Below are positions 33,365-46,507 of a stretch of 64,000 nucleotides of DNA, one piece after another. The number at the start of each line of letters is the position of its first letter. Position 1 is the stretch's first letter. Position numbers and translations under genes: made by a program. This stretch comes from Prorocentrum cordatum (Eukaryota): assembly GCA_963575745.1 (NCBI GenBank), contig CAUYUJ010000288.1, forward strand, positions 1 to 64,000, written 5' to 3'. The notes below the pieces were generated by a model. It searched no databases. It saw only the letters and a list, made by a program, of their open reading frames with translations, and was not told the DNA's origin.

Positions 33365-36189
33365 CTTTTGGAGAGGTCCGCCAGCGTCAGTGAAACGCGC
33401 TCTTCGACGCTTCGCGTCGTCTGAGGGCTCGACGGTGGCGAGGGCCGCCCTGCTTGCCGGGGGGTGCGGGATAACGCTGCCTGAGGATGAGTGACGGCCC
33501 GTATTCCTTCTGGCCCGATGCCCAGTGCGGACGGCATTTGTTGCTCAGATTCCTTTGCCGCTGGCCTCGCACTGCAAAGCCCGGCGCCCAGTGCAGACGG
33601 CTGATTGTCTGCGCGGGCGTTGAAGTTCGAGAGCCCGCGCCGGGTTTCGACGCCCGATTTCGCGGGCGGGCGGCCAGGGCCGAGGCGTAAACTGCAAAGG
33701 TGCCATTTGTAGCGCTTGCCTTTAGCGCTGCCCCTCGCGCGCCTTGGACGCGGCGCCGCGAGAACTCCTTGCCTCTGAAACGCATCGAGCACCTTTATCC
33801 TGTCGGAACGTAGTCCGGTAGGAATCATCATTGGCACAGCCTTGACTCGAAGCGGAGGTCGCCCATCGGACCCGGCATCTCTATATTCACTAATTGCAAC
33901 CTCGCGCCCGCGCCGAGCGCGGCGCCGCGGGCGAGGGGGGGGGGGGGCAGCGAGGCCCCCGAGGCGCTGGGAGCGGTTCCGTCGACATTCGACAAGACTT
34001 CCTGTGAATCGCTCATGGAACGGCGCCAGGGAGTGCAAATCAAGGCTCGACCGCTGCGACGTCCTCGGGGGCAAGCGCTGCCGCTGTCAGCGCAGACGCG
34101 CGTTTTGCTCTGGCGCTCGACAGCATTCTGGCATGGCTGGCTCCGTCGGCCGAGCTTCGACTATCGGAGCAAGTTGCGCAGATCTGGGCACCTGCGCAGC
34201 AGCGGAGTTGGGCCTGTCGCCCACGGCGGCAGAGGCGGCCGTCTCTCAATTGCTGGATGACGGCGCCGCTTGCGAGACGATCGACGCCATATCCAGGTGC
34301 TGGAAGGGCGCGGTTCTTATTCCAGCGCGGCTGCGAACGAAGGCGACGGCGTCGACGGGGCGCTGGTCGACGCGCGGGACATCGTGGAGGGGGCCGACCA
34401 AGGGTCCGACATGGCACAGCTGGCAGATATGCGGTCGCAGACGTAGTGATTCGCGTCGCGCCTCTGGCCCTTCGCCCCGCCGCCAAGTGCAGAAGGCTTC
34501 GTTTTGCGTTGCCAGCTAGGCCCGAGGCCAAGCGCGGACGGCCAAAGCCGAGGCGCAAACCGCGAGGGTGCATATTGCAGCACTTGCCTTTTGCACGTCA
34601 TGCACCTGCGACTTCTGTCTGCGTTGCCAGCTAGGCCCGATGCGAAGTGCGGACGGTTAAAGCTGAGGTGCAGGTCGCGAGGTGCCGTTTGGAGCACTTG
34701 TCATTCGTGCACCCCCCGGCGCTTCGGACGCGGCGCCGCGATAATTCTTTTCCTTGGCAGAACAAGATGCGCGGGCACATGCGTGCTAATGAATGCATGC
34801 GCGTGGTGGATGTGCAGCCGCGCTGCGCGCGCGTGTGATCGCCGCTCACATGGACGCGCTCGTGGAGCAAACAACTATCATTGACAAGTGCTCGCCGTGG
34901 CACTATCCTGCAACATGATATGCACATGTGGCCCTGTGTGGCCAATCGCTCGTTTTACATATCCCACTGCCGACTATCCCAAAACATATGCACATTGCCG
35001 CGGGCTGAGGAGGGCGCGGCCTGGTAGCTGAGGCGGGGGAGTGAAGGGGGGCTCATATTCAATCATACTCAAAACTCACTCTGGCTCGTACTCACTCACT
35101 CGCGTTAGGATTCACTCGTTCTCGTCGGCCCTGTCGCCCACGTGGACGCGCTATTATACTCAAGCGCTCATGAACATACGCTCACTATGGCATGACAAAA
35201 ATCATGAGATGCGCGTATGGGGAGCTCCACGCAGTGGGTATTTTTTGACGGTTCCGAGACCCGGTAAAGGGCCCTTCACCCCGAGGCAGAATGCAGGACG
35301 ACTCCCCGGCGTGATTTCTTCAGAACGCGAGGGGCTCCGGGAGGGGTGGGAACAGGGAGGGCATGAGGGGAAGGAACTCCCCCGAGTCTGCCCCTGGGGC
35401 GGGGGCCCGCGGCGACTCCAGGGCGACTGCCTGCGGCGTGCGATCGGGGGAAGGGAGCGGGAAGGGATGGGCAGGGAGTGGTGGGGAGGGGGGGGGGGAG
35501 GGGGGCGGAAGGGGGACGGTAGGGGACGAGGACGGAAAGGGTAATTACGGGAGAGGGGGGGAGGGGGGCGGAATGGGGCGGGAGGGGAGGGGCGGGGGGC
35601 GGGGGGGCGGCAGGAGTGATGGGGAGGAGTTGTGGAGCGGATGGGCTGGGGGCAGGGTTGGGGCCACCGTGATTTCCGCAGGGGGGGTGCTTGGCTGCCG
35701 CATCTGTCCGCGCTCGCGTTTGGCAGCGAAAAGCAATGAACCCATCCAGCTAGCGACGAGCCGTGTCCAACTCTGGCGCCCCATTCTGCGACTGCGGTTC
35801 CGACGCCCGCTCCCACCTCCCCCGCTCCGGCTGCCATTTCCCGACCCCGGCTCACTATGCCTTGGTCCAGCTTCTGAGCGGTCAGCCCATACCGGCGCCC
35901 GGCGCCCTCCCGCAGCACCATCGCAGGTGTCTCGACACGGGTTTTGTCAGTGTCCCTGTCTCTGTTTGTCTGCGCGGTGACACCGGCACACCGCCTTTGC
36001 GTGTCTCACTGTGCCGCCGCAATCATCGGTTGCCTGGCTTGTGGGCCACCGAAGAACAGCTCTACAAGTTCCACCAATATGGTCGAAAGTCGTCCCGAAA
36101 CAGGTGTGCCCAAACAGGAGTACAATGTGGCAGGGCGGATGGCAGCGACGTGGCTGGTCCCGTGCATACAATATCCATCGTGTATTGAA

Positions 36190-36244
36190 ATTTATATGTA
36201 TACATATATGTGTATACTACCTGCATATATATACATATATACGC

Positions 36245-36279
<35 letters not shown>

Positions 36280-36910
36280 CGTGTGTGTGTTTATATATAT
36301 ATATATATATGTGTAGGTGTATGTATATATATATATATATGTATATGTATATGTATATGTATATGGTTATATATATATGTGTGTATATGTATGTGTATAT
36401 GTATGTATAGATGTATATGTGTATGTGTGTATAGGTGTATTTATATGGATCTGTACATGTACATGCATATGCATATGTATATGTACATGTCTATATATAT
36501 TTATATATATGTGTGTCGACGGATATGTATACGAACATGTATATGTATATGTATATGCATATGCATACGTATATGTATAGGTATATGTATTTGTATTTGT
36601 GAATGTATATGTACATGTATACGTATAGGTATGCGCATATGTATATGCATTGGTATATGCATATGTCTATGGAAATATATATGTATATGTATATGCATAT
36701 GTATGTGTATATGTATATGTGTATGTATATGTGTAGGTGTATGTATGTGTATGCGTACATGTATATGTACATATGTATGCATGTATGTATGTATGTATTT
36801 ATGTTTACATATGCATATATATACATATACATATATATATATGTATATATATATATATGCATATATATATATGTATGTATGTATACATTCAGTACACTGA
36901 CATGTATATG
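36190..36910. repeat. (TA)n/(TATATG)n low-complexity tract
   Basis: Direct reading. Confidence 0.97.
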
Positions 36911-39464
36911 TGCTTGTTTTCGCATGCCCGCGTTAATGTATTTATTCGTTTCCAACTATATTATACACGTACATAATTTTGTGCTGTCCCAAACGGTGGG
37001 TTCTTTGTGATCTAGATGTGCCATATTTCTGGCAGACTGGGACAACTTTTGTGTCGCAGTATGTACGGGGTGCAGTGCAACTGCGCACATATCTCGATAT
37101 ACCCAGTTGTGCACGGTACGATGTGTAATAACCAAAAATGAGTTGTCGGGAAAGATGGGTGGTATGTGGTGCAGTAGATCGAAGACGCATGCGGTCAGCA
37201 TCCGCTTCCCCCTGCCTTTCTGTGAACGCCGAGATGCCAGCGTCTTGCCACACTTTTGTGGCATCTGTTTTCCCCAGCCGTTGCGGAAACCCGTGGGGAA
37301 CGATTTTTGCGGAAGGGGGAGTGGGAAACAGAGAGAGAGAGAGAGAGATGGAAAGAGAAACACAGAGACAGAGGGAGAGGGGTGAAAAGAGAAAGAGAGA
37401 GAGAGAGAGAGAGTGAGAGAGAGAGAAGCGGATTTGCTGTGACCACGGGGGCTTCAGCTGCATTCGTGTTCGTGCTGCGAATGGCCTTGTCCAATCGGGC
37501 GATAAAGCAGGAATCGATCATGGGAAATTGATTTGCTGAAAAACGTTGGCTTTTGATACCGGTGTTAACACAACTGTGAACACCACTGTTAATGCACGTT
37601 TTTTTGGCATTCGCGCGTGGGTGTGGTCCGCATGTTGTTGTTCTATATTCTATATGGATCCATTGTAGACGCACTTGTCTGATGAAAAGCGAGCTGTGCG
37701 CATAGTGCATTCGACAGGGATGAAAGGGGGGGTCAATAAGGGGACTGGCTAGGATTGTATACATAGAGTTGTATTTAGAGTGAGCGGGTTTGCATCTCAT
37801 CTGTATATATATATATATACACATATATATATATAGACACATGTTCCGCAAGTAATGTTTGCACTTAGAGGTTCTTATCTCTCTTCTGGAGAGCTGGGCC
37901 TGCTGGCCGCTCTGGCAGCCATGTAGCCGCCTCGCCGCCTCGTCGCCGCCCGTGGCCTTCGGTTAATACGAACATCAGCCCATTGAGAATTTCAGTATAA
38001 ACATATGTTTTATAGTCTCTCTCTCTCTCTTTTTGTTTCTCTCTCTCTCTCTCTCCCGCTATATATATGTCTATATGTACACGATGTGCATATACACACA
38101 ATGTGAAAAGCCCTTGCGCGGAGGGGCGAAGCTAATCAGCCCTGGGCTCGGCATTGGGGGTGCGGGCTCTTGCTCTCCAGAAAGTGGACACTTACGAGCG
38201 TCAGGCTGCGTACCGCAACCCATGTGGGGCAAACTGTGTGCTGCAATCAGCGTGGGCGTTTGGAAGCGCTAGCCAGCACAAGTGCCAGACACGAAGCGGG
38301 CATGGGCGGGCGCCGGGCGCAAGTCTGGAAGCGCCGGCCGGCCCACGGGGCGTGCAGGCGAGCACTGAGCGAACATCCGGGGTGCAGTCAGGCTTTGTTC
38401 TTCGGGGGTCTGCTGGCCCAGGTCAATGCAAACCCAGGTCAGTCACGCCTTCTAAGATCCTGCAAGATATTGCAGGATTCTGCAGGATCCTGCGCCCAGG
38501 CCTGGGTCAATGCGCCCCTGGCCTTGCAGTATCCTGCAATGTCCTGCGCTCTGACTGCTCCCCGTTTGCATGGACCCCCGCCTCTTGAGCCCCGAGCTCG
38601 TGTTGCAGACGATGTGGGGCTTTGGCCACGCGCTGAGCGGCCCAAGACCGCACCTGGAATGGAGATGGACAGCACGTGCCAAGCGGTATTGCTTCTTCGC
38701 CCTCGCGTGGCGTAGCTTTCGATCGTCGCACACACATATATATATATATATATATACACATATGTGCACACATATATATATATATATATATGTATGTATA
38801 GGCATGTATACATGTCTAGAACAATAGATTTATATGTATATAGGGGTTTAGTGATCTACGCCGCGCTCATGCCTGGCCCCGCCACAAGGCGTTCGATCAT
38901 GCACGTGCAGCGTTCGAGCTCCATGAAGCTACGATCTGCGTGGGCGGGTGCAGGTGAGCACTGCGAGGCCTTCCTCGGGTCGCTGGAGGACCGATGCCGC
39001 CTACGTGTTATGTCCCTCGCGAGTGCCACGTCAGTGCTCACACGTCTGCTCTGGTGGTAGCTCAGCTTGCTTCTCTCCCTGTCCTCTTCTTCCTTGTGGC
39101 ATGTTCTGTCACTGTTCCAGCGCAGTGCTCTGTTTTGGCGACTCAGGGCACCGGAGTACAAGTCGCACGCGCAAGAAGAGTCGGTGGTTATGTGTGCTTC
39201 TGTGTGTCGTTTGTCTGCCTGCCCTGTGTTCCTGTCTGTCTGTTTGTCTGCCTGTCTGTCCGTCTGCCTGTCTGCCTGCCCAGTATGGGACCTCTCTCGT
39301 GAAGGGGCGCCAGCAGCAGCACAGCCTGCTTGTCGGCGCGGGTTTACTTGCTTCCTTGCTGCCGCTCTTGTGGTGTGGACATACTGCCTCCGCGAGCCTG
39401 TGTTTCTGTCTGCCCGTCTGTCTTTCTTTCTTGATGTCTGGCTGCCTGACTTTTTTTTTTTGTT

Positions 39465-39497
<33 letters not shown>

Positions 39498-39690
39498 ATA
39501 TATATATATATATGTATGTATATATATATATATATATATCTGTCTCTATGTGTCCTTTTATCCCACTTCTCTCTCTCCCTCTCTCTCTCTCCCCCACTCT
39601 CTTTCCTATCGCTCGTCCGGTGTTTATTTATTTTGTCCCGTCTCTCTCTCTCTCTTTCTTGTTTGTTTTCTCTCTCTCTCTCTCTCTCTA

Positions 39691-40210
39691 CACGGGGGGT
39701 ACTATAGTTTTGACCATAAGACGTCATGCTGTCGACGCCCCCTGCCCCCCCGTAGAATCTTAGCGACATGTTTTGGGTCGGGCGGCGGTTCGACTCCGAT
39801 GGGCTCTCACCCTGTAAGATATATATATATATATATATATATAAAACAGGGTGATAATTACTCCGTCCCATTTACAATAGGGCCGGAAAACACTCCGACT
39901 TGAACCCATTCACAGTAAACCACTCCGCTTGGGTCACGTTTGATCGTCCGTGTCATCATCCCCATCGACCCTGTCCTTATCATGCCAACGCGATGTTTCA
40001 TTGTATTCCTTGTTGCATTGATGCTGTGAGACCCTGGGCATCCTTCTCCAATGCGGTCGCTCTCGGTTCACTGGTTGGCCGTCCCAGAGGGCCCACAAAG
40101 GCTCGCGAATCCGCATCAAGGCACCTTTGCATCCTGATCGGTCCTCCGCGGCACGCGTGACCAGCGAGGCAATTCTCATCTTATGGTCAAAAACTTTAGT
40201 ACCCCCGAAG
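39691..40210. mobile_element. Non-autonomous TIR element (family M5), TA-flanked, Tc1/mariner-like
   Basis: Left end TA|CACGGGGGGTACTATAGTTTTGACCATAAGA; right end reverse complement TA|CTTCGGGGGTACTAAAGTTTTTGACCATAAGA. Confidence 0.82.
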
Positions 40211-40215
40211 TATGC

Positions 40216-40260
<45 letters not shown>

Positions 40261-40547
40261 GCATATATATATGCCTTTGCATTGGCATGGGCAAGTATAT
40301 GTTCTCATCTCTCTCTCTCTCTTGCTATCTCTCTCTTTCTTCTCTCTCTCTCTCTGTCTCGTCTTCCTGTGCACTGGCGCTCTCGGGCTGTTCGGCGCGT
40401 CTTGAATGCTTCATTGCCTGAGCAGCGAGAAAAACAGGGCTGGTGGGCTCCAGCCTCGGAATCGGTGGGTTGCTGGCCTCCGGTATGGCTGCTCGTATGC
40501 TATCCTGCATGGTGCCCTGCACAGTGTCCGCTGGGGGTTCCCGTATA

Positions 40548-40700
40548 GGGAGCCGCATGCGAACCCTTCCCCTACCCCCCCCCACGATTTTTGAGGGAGA
40601 GGGTGGGGTTCACTTCGCTCGGGAGCTCCCGAAAGAAGTGAACCCCGCCCTCCCCCTCAGAAATCGTGGGGGGTAGGGGTAGGGTTCGCATGCGGCCCCC
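40548..40700. repeat. About 150-bp near-perfect palindrome centred on CGGGAGCTCCCG
   Basis: Arms GCCGCATGCGAACCCT..CCCTACCCCCC..GGGGTTCACTTC and GAAGTGAACCCC..GGGGGGTAGGGG..AGGGTTCGCATGCGGC. A partial second copy lies at 58294-58385. Confidence 0.92.
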
Positions 40701-40930
40701 CGCCGTGCTGTCTCCCGCGCGGCTTTCCGTGGCATGGTCTCCCGATAGGGTCCCCCGCACGGTCTCCCGCGCGGCCTCTCCTGCGTGGCTCCGTGCTCTC
40801 CCGTGCGGCCTCCCGCCCCGCCCCCCGGCAATGTGCCTGTCGACGCGTGGGGTCGTCCGGGTCTGGAGTCGGTGGCTCGTGGCCCGAGTGGTCTCCCGAC
40901 GCGGTCGCGCGTGGGGTGCACCTCTTCGGG

Positions 40931-41065
40931 CCAGCCACAGCTGGGGGAGCTGTGGTCGTCACCCCCCTGGGGGACCCATCGATTTCGGCATCCCTCGCGA
41001 GAGATCGTCGAGGCGATGGGTTCCCCCAGGGGGGTAAGGACCACAGCTCCCCCAGTTGTGGCTGG
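40931..41065. repeat. About 51-bp inverted repeat with a 32-nt loop (foldback/MITE-like)
   Basis: CCAGCCACAGCTGGGGGAGCTGTGGTC..CCCATCG and CGATGGG..GACCACAGCTCCCCCAGTTGTGGCTGG. Confidence 0.9.
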
Positions 41066-42139
41066 TCGGCCTCTTCGCGTGCAGTCGTGCCTTCTATCTG
41101 CCATGCGTCCCTGCGCTTCGGGGTCTTCCGCGGCCAGGGGGAATCTTTTTTGATGTGCGGGGTGGGTATGTGGGGGGCCTGGGGGGTCTGCTCCCCGTTG
41201 AGGCGGATAGGTCAAACCAAACACACAACAGCACAGTCATCGCATCGTTCGTGTGTTGGTAGGTAAAAGATGCACATGCGTTGACAAATCTTATTGCAGG
41301 TCCCTGTCCCAGAGCCGGTCTTGGGCTGTTCGGGGGACTCCCCGACTGTGTCCACTGTCGTGCCATGGCTGTCTTGGACTGGTCTCGGATTTTCTCCTGC
41401 CGTCTTGGGACCGCTTCTGGGCTTCCTGGTAGACGCTGGGTAAGAGTCCTGAGAGCGTCTTGTGGCCTCTCCGGGCGGAGAAAAACGAGGGGCAGGAAAC
41501 GACATCTTGGGCCATCGCGGCGGTCCAGCAGACCGTCTTCAAGGCCAGTTTGGGCAGTCTTTGAGGCTCTGCAGGCCGCCTTGATGTGTCGGGGCACCCA
41601 GGGGCACTTAGAAGAGGAGGAGGAGGAGGAGGAGGAGGAGGAGGAGGAGGAGGAGGAGGAGGAGGAGGAGGAGGAGGAGTAGGAGGAGGAGGAGGAGGAG
41701 GCAGGCGGAGGAAGAGGAGGAGGAGGAGGAGGAGAAGCAGAAGAAGGAGGAGAAGAAGAAGAAGAAGGAGAAGGAGGACGAGGAGGAGGAGGAGGAGGAG
41801 GGGGAGGGCGCATTCGGCCCGACGCGATGAGGGCAAGGGAGGGGGGCCTTGCCAAACCGCGATGGGCCCGGGCGGGCGGAGCAGGATCACAGCCAAGGCG
41901 CCGACAGCAGGGCCCCCCCTGGGCTCCGGAAGCGGCCCCTGGCCTTCGAGGCGCTTCGCGGCCGAGGCGCCTCCGAGGCGCCAGCACAGCCCCCCTCCCG
42001 TTCCCGATGCGGCGCCCCCTGCCAGACGGCGCTGCGAGGCGTGGCGCTCCCTCCTGCCGAGTCGATCCGATCCTCTCCTCCCTCCCTCCCTCCCCTGCAG
42101 TCTCGCCACGTTCGCCCTTCCCCGGGCCCTGCCGCCCCC

Positions 42140-44795
42140 CTCCCTCCTCCCCCCTGGCCAGGGAGAAGAGTTGGGGCCTGGGTGGCCTCGGAGCCCCGGA
42201 CAGGGCGGGATATTGGAGCGCTGCCCTCACTCATCCTAGGCTCGATGCTCCACCCCTGCGGCCCCTCCCCCCCCAAGGGGTGGGGGGTGGGGGCCCAAAC
42301 GGCGCTGCGAGGCATGACGCTCCCTCCTGCCGAGTCGATCCGATCCTCCCTCCCTCCCTCCCTGCAGCGAGGGCGCTGGAGCAAGGACCACCTGGGGCTC
42401 TGGAGGGGGCTCTGGTCTTGGGGCCGCTCCTCACGTCCGGGCCGTGGAAGCTGTGCGTGCCCGAGGTCCGCCGTGGTCAGGCAGGTCCCTTCGCTCCTCC
42501 TCTTCCTCGCTCCTCGCTCCTCGCTCCTCGCTCCTCCTCCGCCTCCTCCTCCTCGCTCCTCCTCCTCGCTCCTCGCTCCTCCTCCTCCTCCTTGCTTCTC
42601 CTCCTCGCTCCTCCTCCTCCTCCTCCTCCTCCTCCTCCTCCTCCTCCTCCTTGCTTCTCCTCCTCGCTCCTCCTCCCTCCTCCTCCTCCTCCTCCTCCTC
42701 CTCCTCCTCCCCCTCCTCCTCCTCCTCCTCCTGCCTCCTCCTGCCTCCTCCTGCCTCCTCCTCCTCCTCGCTCCTCCTCCTCCGCGGCCCGAGGCCCGAG
42801 GTCCGAGGTCGGCCGTGGCCGTGGCGCCCCCTGTGGCAGCACGACCGCTGCATGCTGCCCAGCTGCCTGCGGCGAGCCTCGCACGGAGGGGGGGGCACCT
42901 CCCCCGAGATGCTCCTCGTAGGGCACGGAGGGCGAGCCTCGCACGGAGGGGGGGGGGCGCACGGAGGGCGAGCCTCGCACGGAGGGGGGGCACCTCCTCG
43001 GCCTCCTCCTCGCTCCTCCTCCTCCCTCCTCCTCCTCCTCCTCCTCCTCCCTCCTCCTCCTCCTCCTCGCTCCTCCTCTCGCTCCTCCTCCTCCTCCTCC
43101 TCCTCCTCCTCCTCCTCCTCCTCCACCTCCTCTTCCTCCGCCTGCCTCCTCCTCCTCGCTCCTCCTCCTCGCTCCTCCTAGCTCCTCCTCCTCCTCCTCC
43201 TCCTCCTCCGCCTCCTCCTCCTCCGCAGCCCGTGCCCATTCTTCGAGCCGGGCGCTTTCGCTTCCTTTTTGTCCGGGCCCCAGGGCGCTCACAGATCGAG
43301 CTGGCTCGCAAAGCGACCCAGAAACATGGGCTCCAGGGCTCCAGGCGGGATTTTCAACGACGTTGCCATTTGGTCGCTGCGTCGGATCTCAGGGTCACCC
43401 GGCGAGTGTGGACCTGAGGCCCGCGGCAGGCCAGGCCGGCCGCGGCCACCGCCCGAAAGTTCGGTGGCAGATCGTGGGAGTCTCGCGTGTCCGCTGAATT
43501 CCGTCTTTAGCGTCGACTCGCGTCGATTAGCGTCTGGGAGTCGTGAGATGGAGCCGATTTAGCGTCGGCTAGCGTCGGTTCGCGTCGATTTAGCGCCGAC
43601 CAGCGCCGATTCGGCATCGACCAGCGCCGACCCGCACGAGCCGACAAGATGGTATGGGAGGCTCCCATGAGTTGCCACCGAACCAGAGAGTCAGGCCCGC
43701 CTCGCACGCCAGGCGGGGTTTGCACATGGCTCGCGAGCCGAGCGGCCCCGGATGCGGCTCGGGCCGAACGGAAGGGGGGGATCGGGAAAGGGGGGGTTAC
43801 GAAATCTGCTGCATGCAGCTGGTGTCGGCCCCGCCGCCGGGCCCATTCCTCGATACATGGGCGCCTCCCGGCGCCGGGAGGCGCTGGGGAAATCAGCCAC
43901 TTGACCTGATTCTCTACCCTGCCCTTTCGTTCCCCCCGAGACGGTGGCGCGCGAGGCCTCGGTGTCGGCACGGGCGGGGCGCCACGGCGAGGGTCCCAGC
44001 GGGGGCGCGCCGCTCCCCGCGCGGGGCCGAGCCCTACCCCAGAGGGGATGCAGCCATCGTGCTACCACACGGAGCGGCGAGGAGGAGGAGGAGGAGGAGG
44101 AGGAGGAGGAGGAGGAGGAAGGAGGAGGAGGAGGAGGAGCGAGGAGGAGGAGGAGGGAGGAGGAGGAGGAGGAGGAGGAGAGGAGGAGGAGGAGGAGGAG
44201 GAGGAGGAGGAGGAGCGAGGAGGAGGGGGAGGAGGAGAGGAGGGGAGGAGCTAGGAGCGAGGAGGAGGAGCGAGAGGAGGAGGAGGAGGAGGAGCGAGGA
44301 GCGAGGCGCGAGGAGCGAGGAGCGAGGAGGAGCGAGGAGCGAGGAGTGAGGAGCGAGGAGCGAGGAGCGAGGAGCGAGGAGCGAGGAAGAGGAGGAGCGA
44401 AGGGACCTGCCTGGCCACGGCGGACCTCGGGCACGCACAGCTTCCACGGCCCGGACGTGAGGAGCGGCCCCAAGACCAGAGCCCCCTCCAGAGCCCCAGG
44501 TGGTCCTTGCTCCAGCGCCCTCGCTGCAGGGAGGGAGGAAGGGAGGGAGGGAGGGAGGGAGGGAGGGAGGGAAGGAGTATCGGGTCGACTTGGCAGGACG
44601 AAGTCGACTTGGCGGGAGGAAGCTTCATGCCTCGCAGCGCCGTCTGGGCCCCCACCCCCCACCCCTTGGGGGGGGAGGGGCCGCAGGGGTGGAGCATCGA
44701 GCCTAGGATGAGTGAGGGCAATATCCCGCCCTGCCCGGGGGTCAAAGGCCACCCAGGCCCCAACTCTTCTCCCTGGCCAGGGGGGGGAGGGAGGG
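42140..44795. repeat. Large inverted duplication: arms about 42140-42500 and 44395-44795, plus adjoining CCT/GGA tracts
   Basis: GGCCAGGGAGAAGAGTTGGGGCC..CAGGTCCCTTCGCTCC is mirrored on the opposite strand. The ORF track shows identical peptides on both strands (ARALEQGPPGALEGALVLGPLLTSGPWKLCVPEVRRGQAG). Confidence 0.93.
43760..43937. mobile_element. MITE-like family M6 copy (G-rich TIR)
   Basis: Colinear with about 60206-60404 (GGGAAAGGGGGGGTTACGAAATCTGCTGCATGCAGCTGG). Confidence 0.7.
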
Positions 44796-45639
44796 GGGCG
44801 GAGGGAGAAGGGAAGGGCGTCCCCCGACCCCCCGATGGGGCCACCTCCCCTGGGGGACTCACGCCCCGGGGCCGCGGAGATCGCTCCAGGGCCCCCCCCC
44901 GTTGCCCAGCGGTCCGCGCCTCCCCCCGGAGGCCCCAGGGCAGTTCGGTGGAGCTGAGCCGGCAGCGGCAGCGCCCTTGGGGTTGCGGCCAGCTGTTGGC
45001 AGAGCCGTTTGTGTCCTCTCCGGGCTGCACCCCGCGGATCGAAGGTACGCACGCAATCGGGCGGGGTGCGACTTGGGGGGGGGGGGGGGGGGCAAAAATC
45101 TCGGGGGGATCGGCAGGAAAGTGGCCCCAGAGGGGCCCTGAGTAGCCCCTGGCCTGCCACTGCAGGCCCGAAGGGAGCACGAACGGTGCACAGTTTTTCA
45201 CCCTACGGTACTGCCCCTCGTTTGCGAACATTATGCGAATACGAACTTGGCCTGGACCACGTCAAGCAGAGATCTGTTCTTCTGACCCTCTGTGGTCGTT
45301 CTTTGTTCATTGTCTTGCCGATCGGCGCGGGCCCTCGCACCTCCCCCTCCCCCCCATGGAGTAGATCTTGGCTGTTTTCGGCGCCTGTCTCAAGCAGGTG
45401 GAATCTCCCCCAGAGGACTCACGGTTCCGAACAGACGCACTAAGCAGCGGACCGGAGCCCCCCACCCCCCTCCGCCCAATGTCGAAACGCCGAATCGGAA
45501 AACGCTCATGTTTCGGCATTTCCACCACCTCCACGAGGCATAGCATACCGTATTCATCTTGCCGTTGCAGAGAGCTCGCCGCCCAGAAGGTCACGGGTCA
45601 GTGCCGTTGCTGCTCTCTGGAACAGGTGCTTCTCGTTAT

Positions 45640-45812
45640 CCAGACCCCCGACGTCGTGATTTTCTCACAGCGTCGACCCCCAGAGGTCTGGACCCCTTCC
45701 CCGGGAACGGTTTTTCGTCCTGAGTCGTTTTTTGACGGTCCTGAGGCCCGGTTAGGGTCCCCGGAGGCCGAAAATCATGAAAAACTTCCCGTCGTGATTT
45801 TTTCACAGCGCG
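45640..45812. repeat. Representative copy of an abundant dispersed repeat of about 170-200 bp
   Basis: CAGACCCCCGACGTCGTGATTT..GTCGACCCCCAGAGGTCTGGACCCCTTCCC..TTTTGACGGTCC[C/T]GAGGCCCG..GAGGCCGAAAA..CCCGTCGTGATTTTT. Related copies occur in both orientations at about 12400, 30340, 35240, 47110, 47550, 48340, 54565, 56600, 58730, 59220, 59500, 59750, 60120, 60930, 61945, 62530 and 62705. Confidence 0.85.
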
Positions 45813-46507
45813 AGGAGGTCTGGGTAGCGAGCATCCGACGTAAAAGAGAAACTCCCCCCGACGTAAACCTTCCCGGGGAGGGGGGATGCTTTTTTGTTCC
45901 TCCCTCCTCCTCCTCCTCCCCCTCACCCTCCCCCTCCCCCTCCCCCCCCTCCTCCTCCTCCTCCTCCTCCTCCTCCTCCTCCTCCTCCTCCTCCTCCTCC
46001 TCCTCCTCCTCCTCCTCCTCCTCCTCCTCCTCCCCCTCCTCCCCAGCGCCCCGCGGCCAGTACGTGGACGGCGAGCGCGACGGCGCGGACCGGGGCGTCC
46101 ACCGCCTGCTGAAGGCGCGGTGGGCGCGCGCGGGGTGGTTGCGCCTGCGGGGAGAGGACCTCCTCCCTTCGGGACGCAGGTGAGGGGGATCTCCTCCTCC
46201 TCCTCCTCCTCCTCCTCCTCCTCCTCGCTCCCTACTCCTCCTCCTCCTCCTCTCCTCCTCCTCCTCCTCCTCTCTTCCTCCTCCTCCTCCTCCTCCCCTC
46301 CCCCTCCCCCTCCTCCTCCTCCTCCTCCTCCTCCTCCTCCTCCTCCTCCTCCTCCTCTTCCTCCTCCTCATGGCAAGGAGGGGAGGGGACAAGCGCGCGG
46401 CTTTCAGGGGGGAGGCCGTGGGCGAAGAGCAGACTCTCATCCCTGGGAGGAGAGGATCTCCTCCCTAACCGGGGCCAGCCTAAGCCCTCCGATCCCCTCG
46501 ACAGACC

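Noticed and set aside
35944..36976. Cys/Ile/Tyr/Met-rich ORFs
   Set aside because: They are translations of TA/TG dinucleotide-type repeats.
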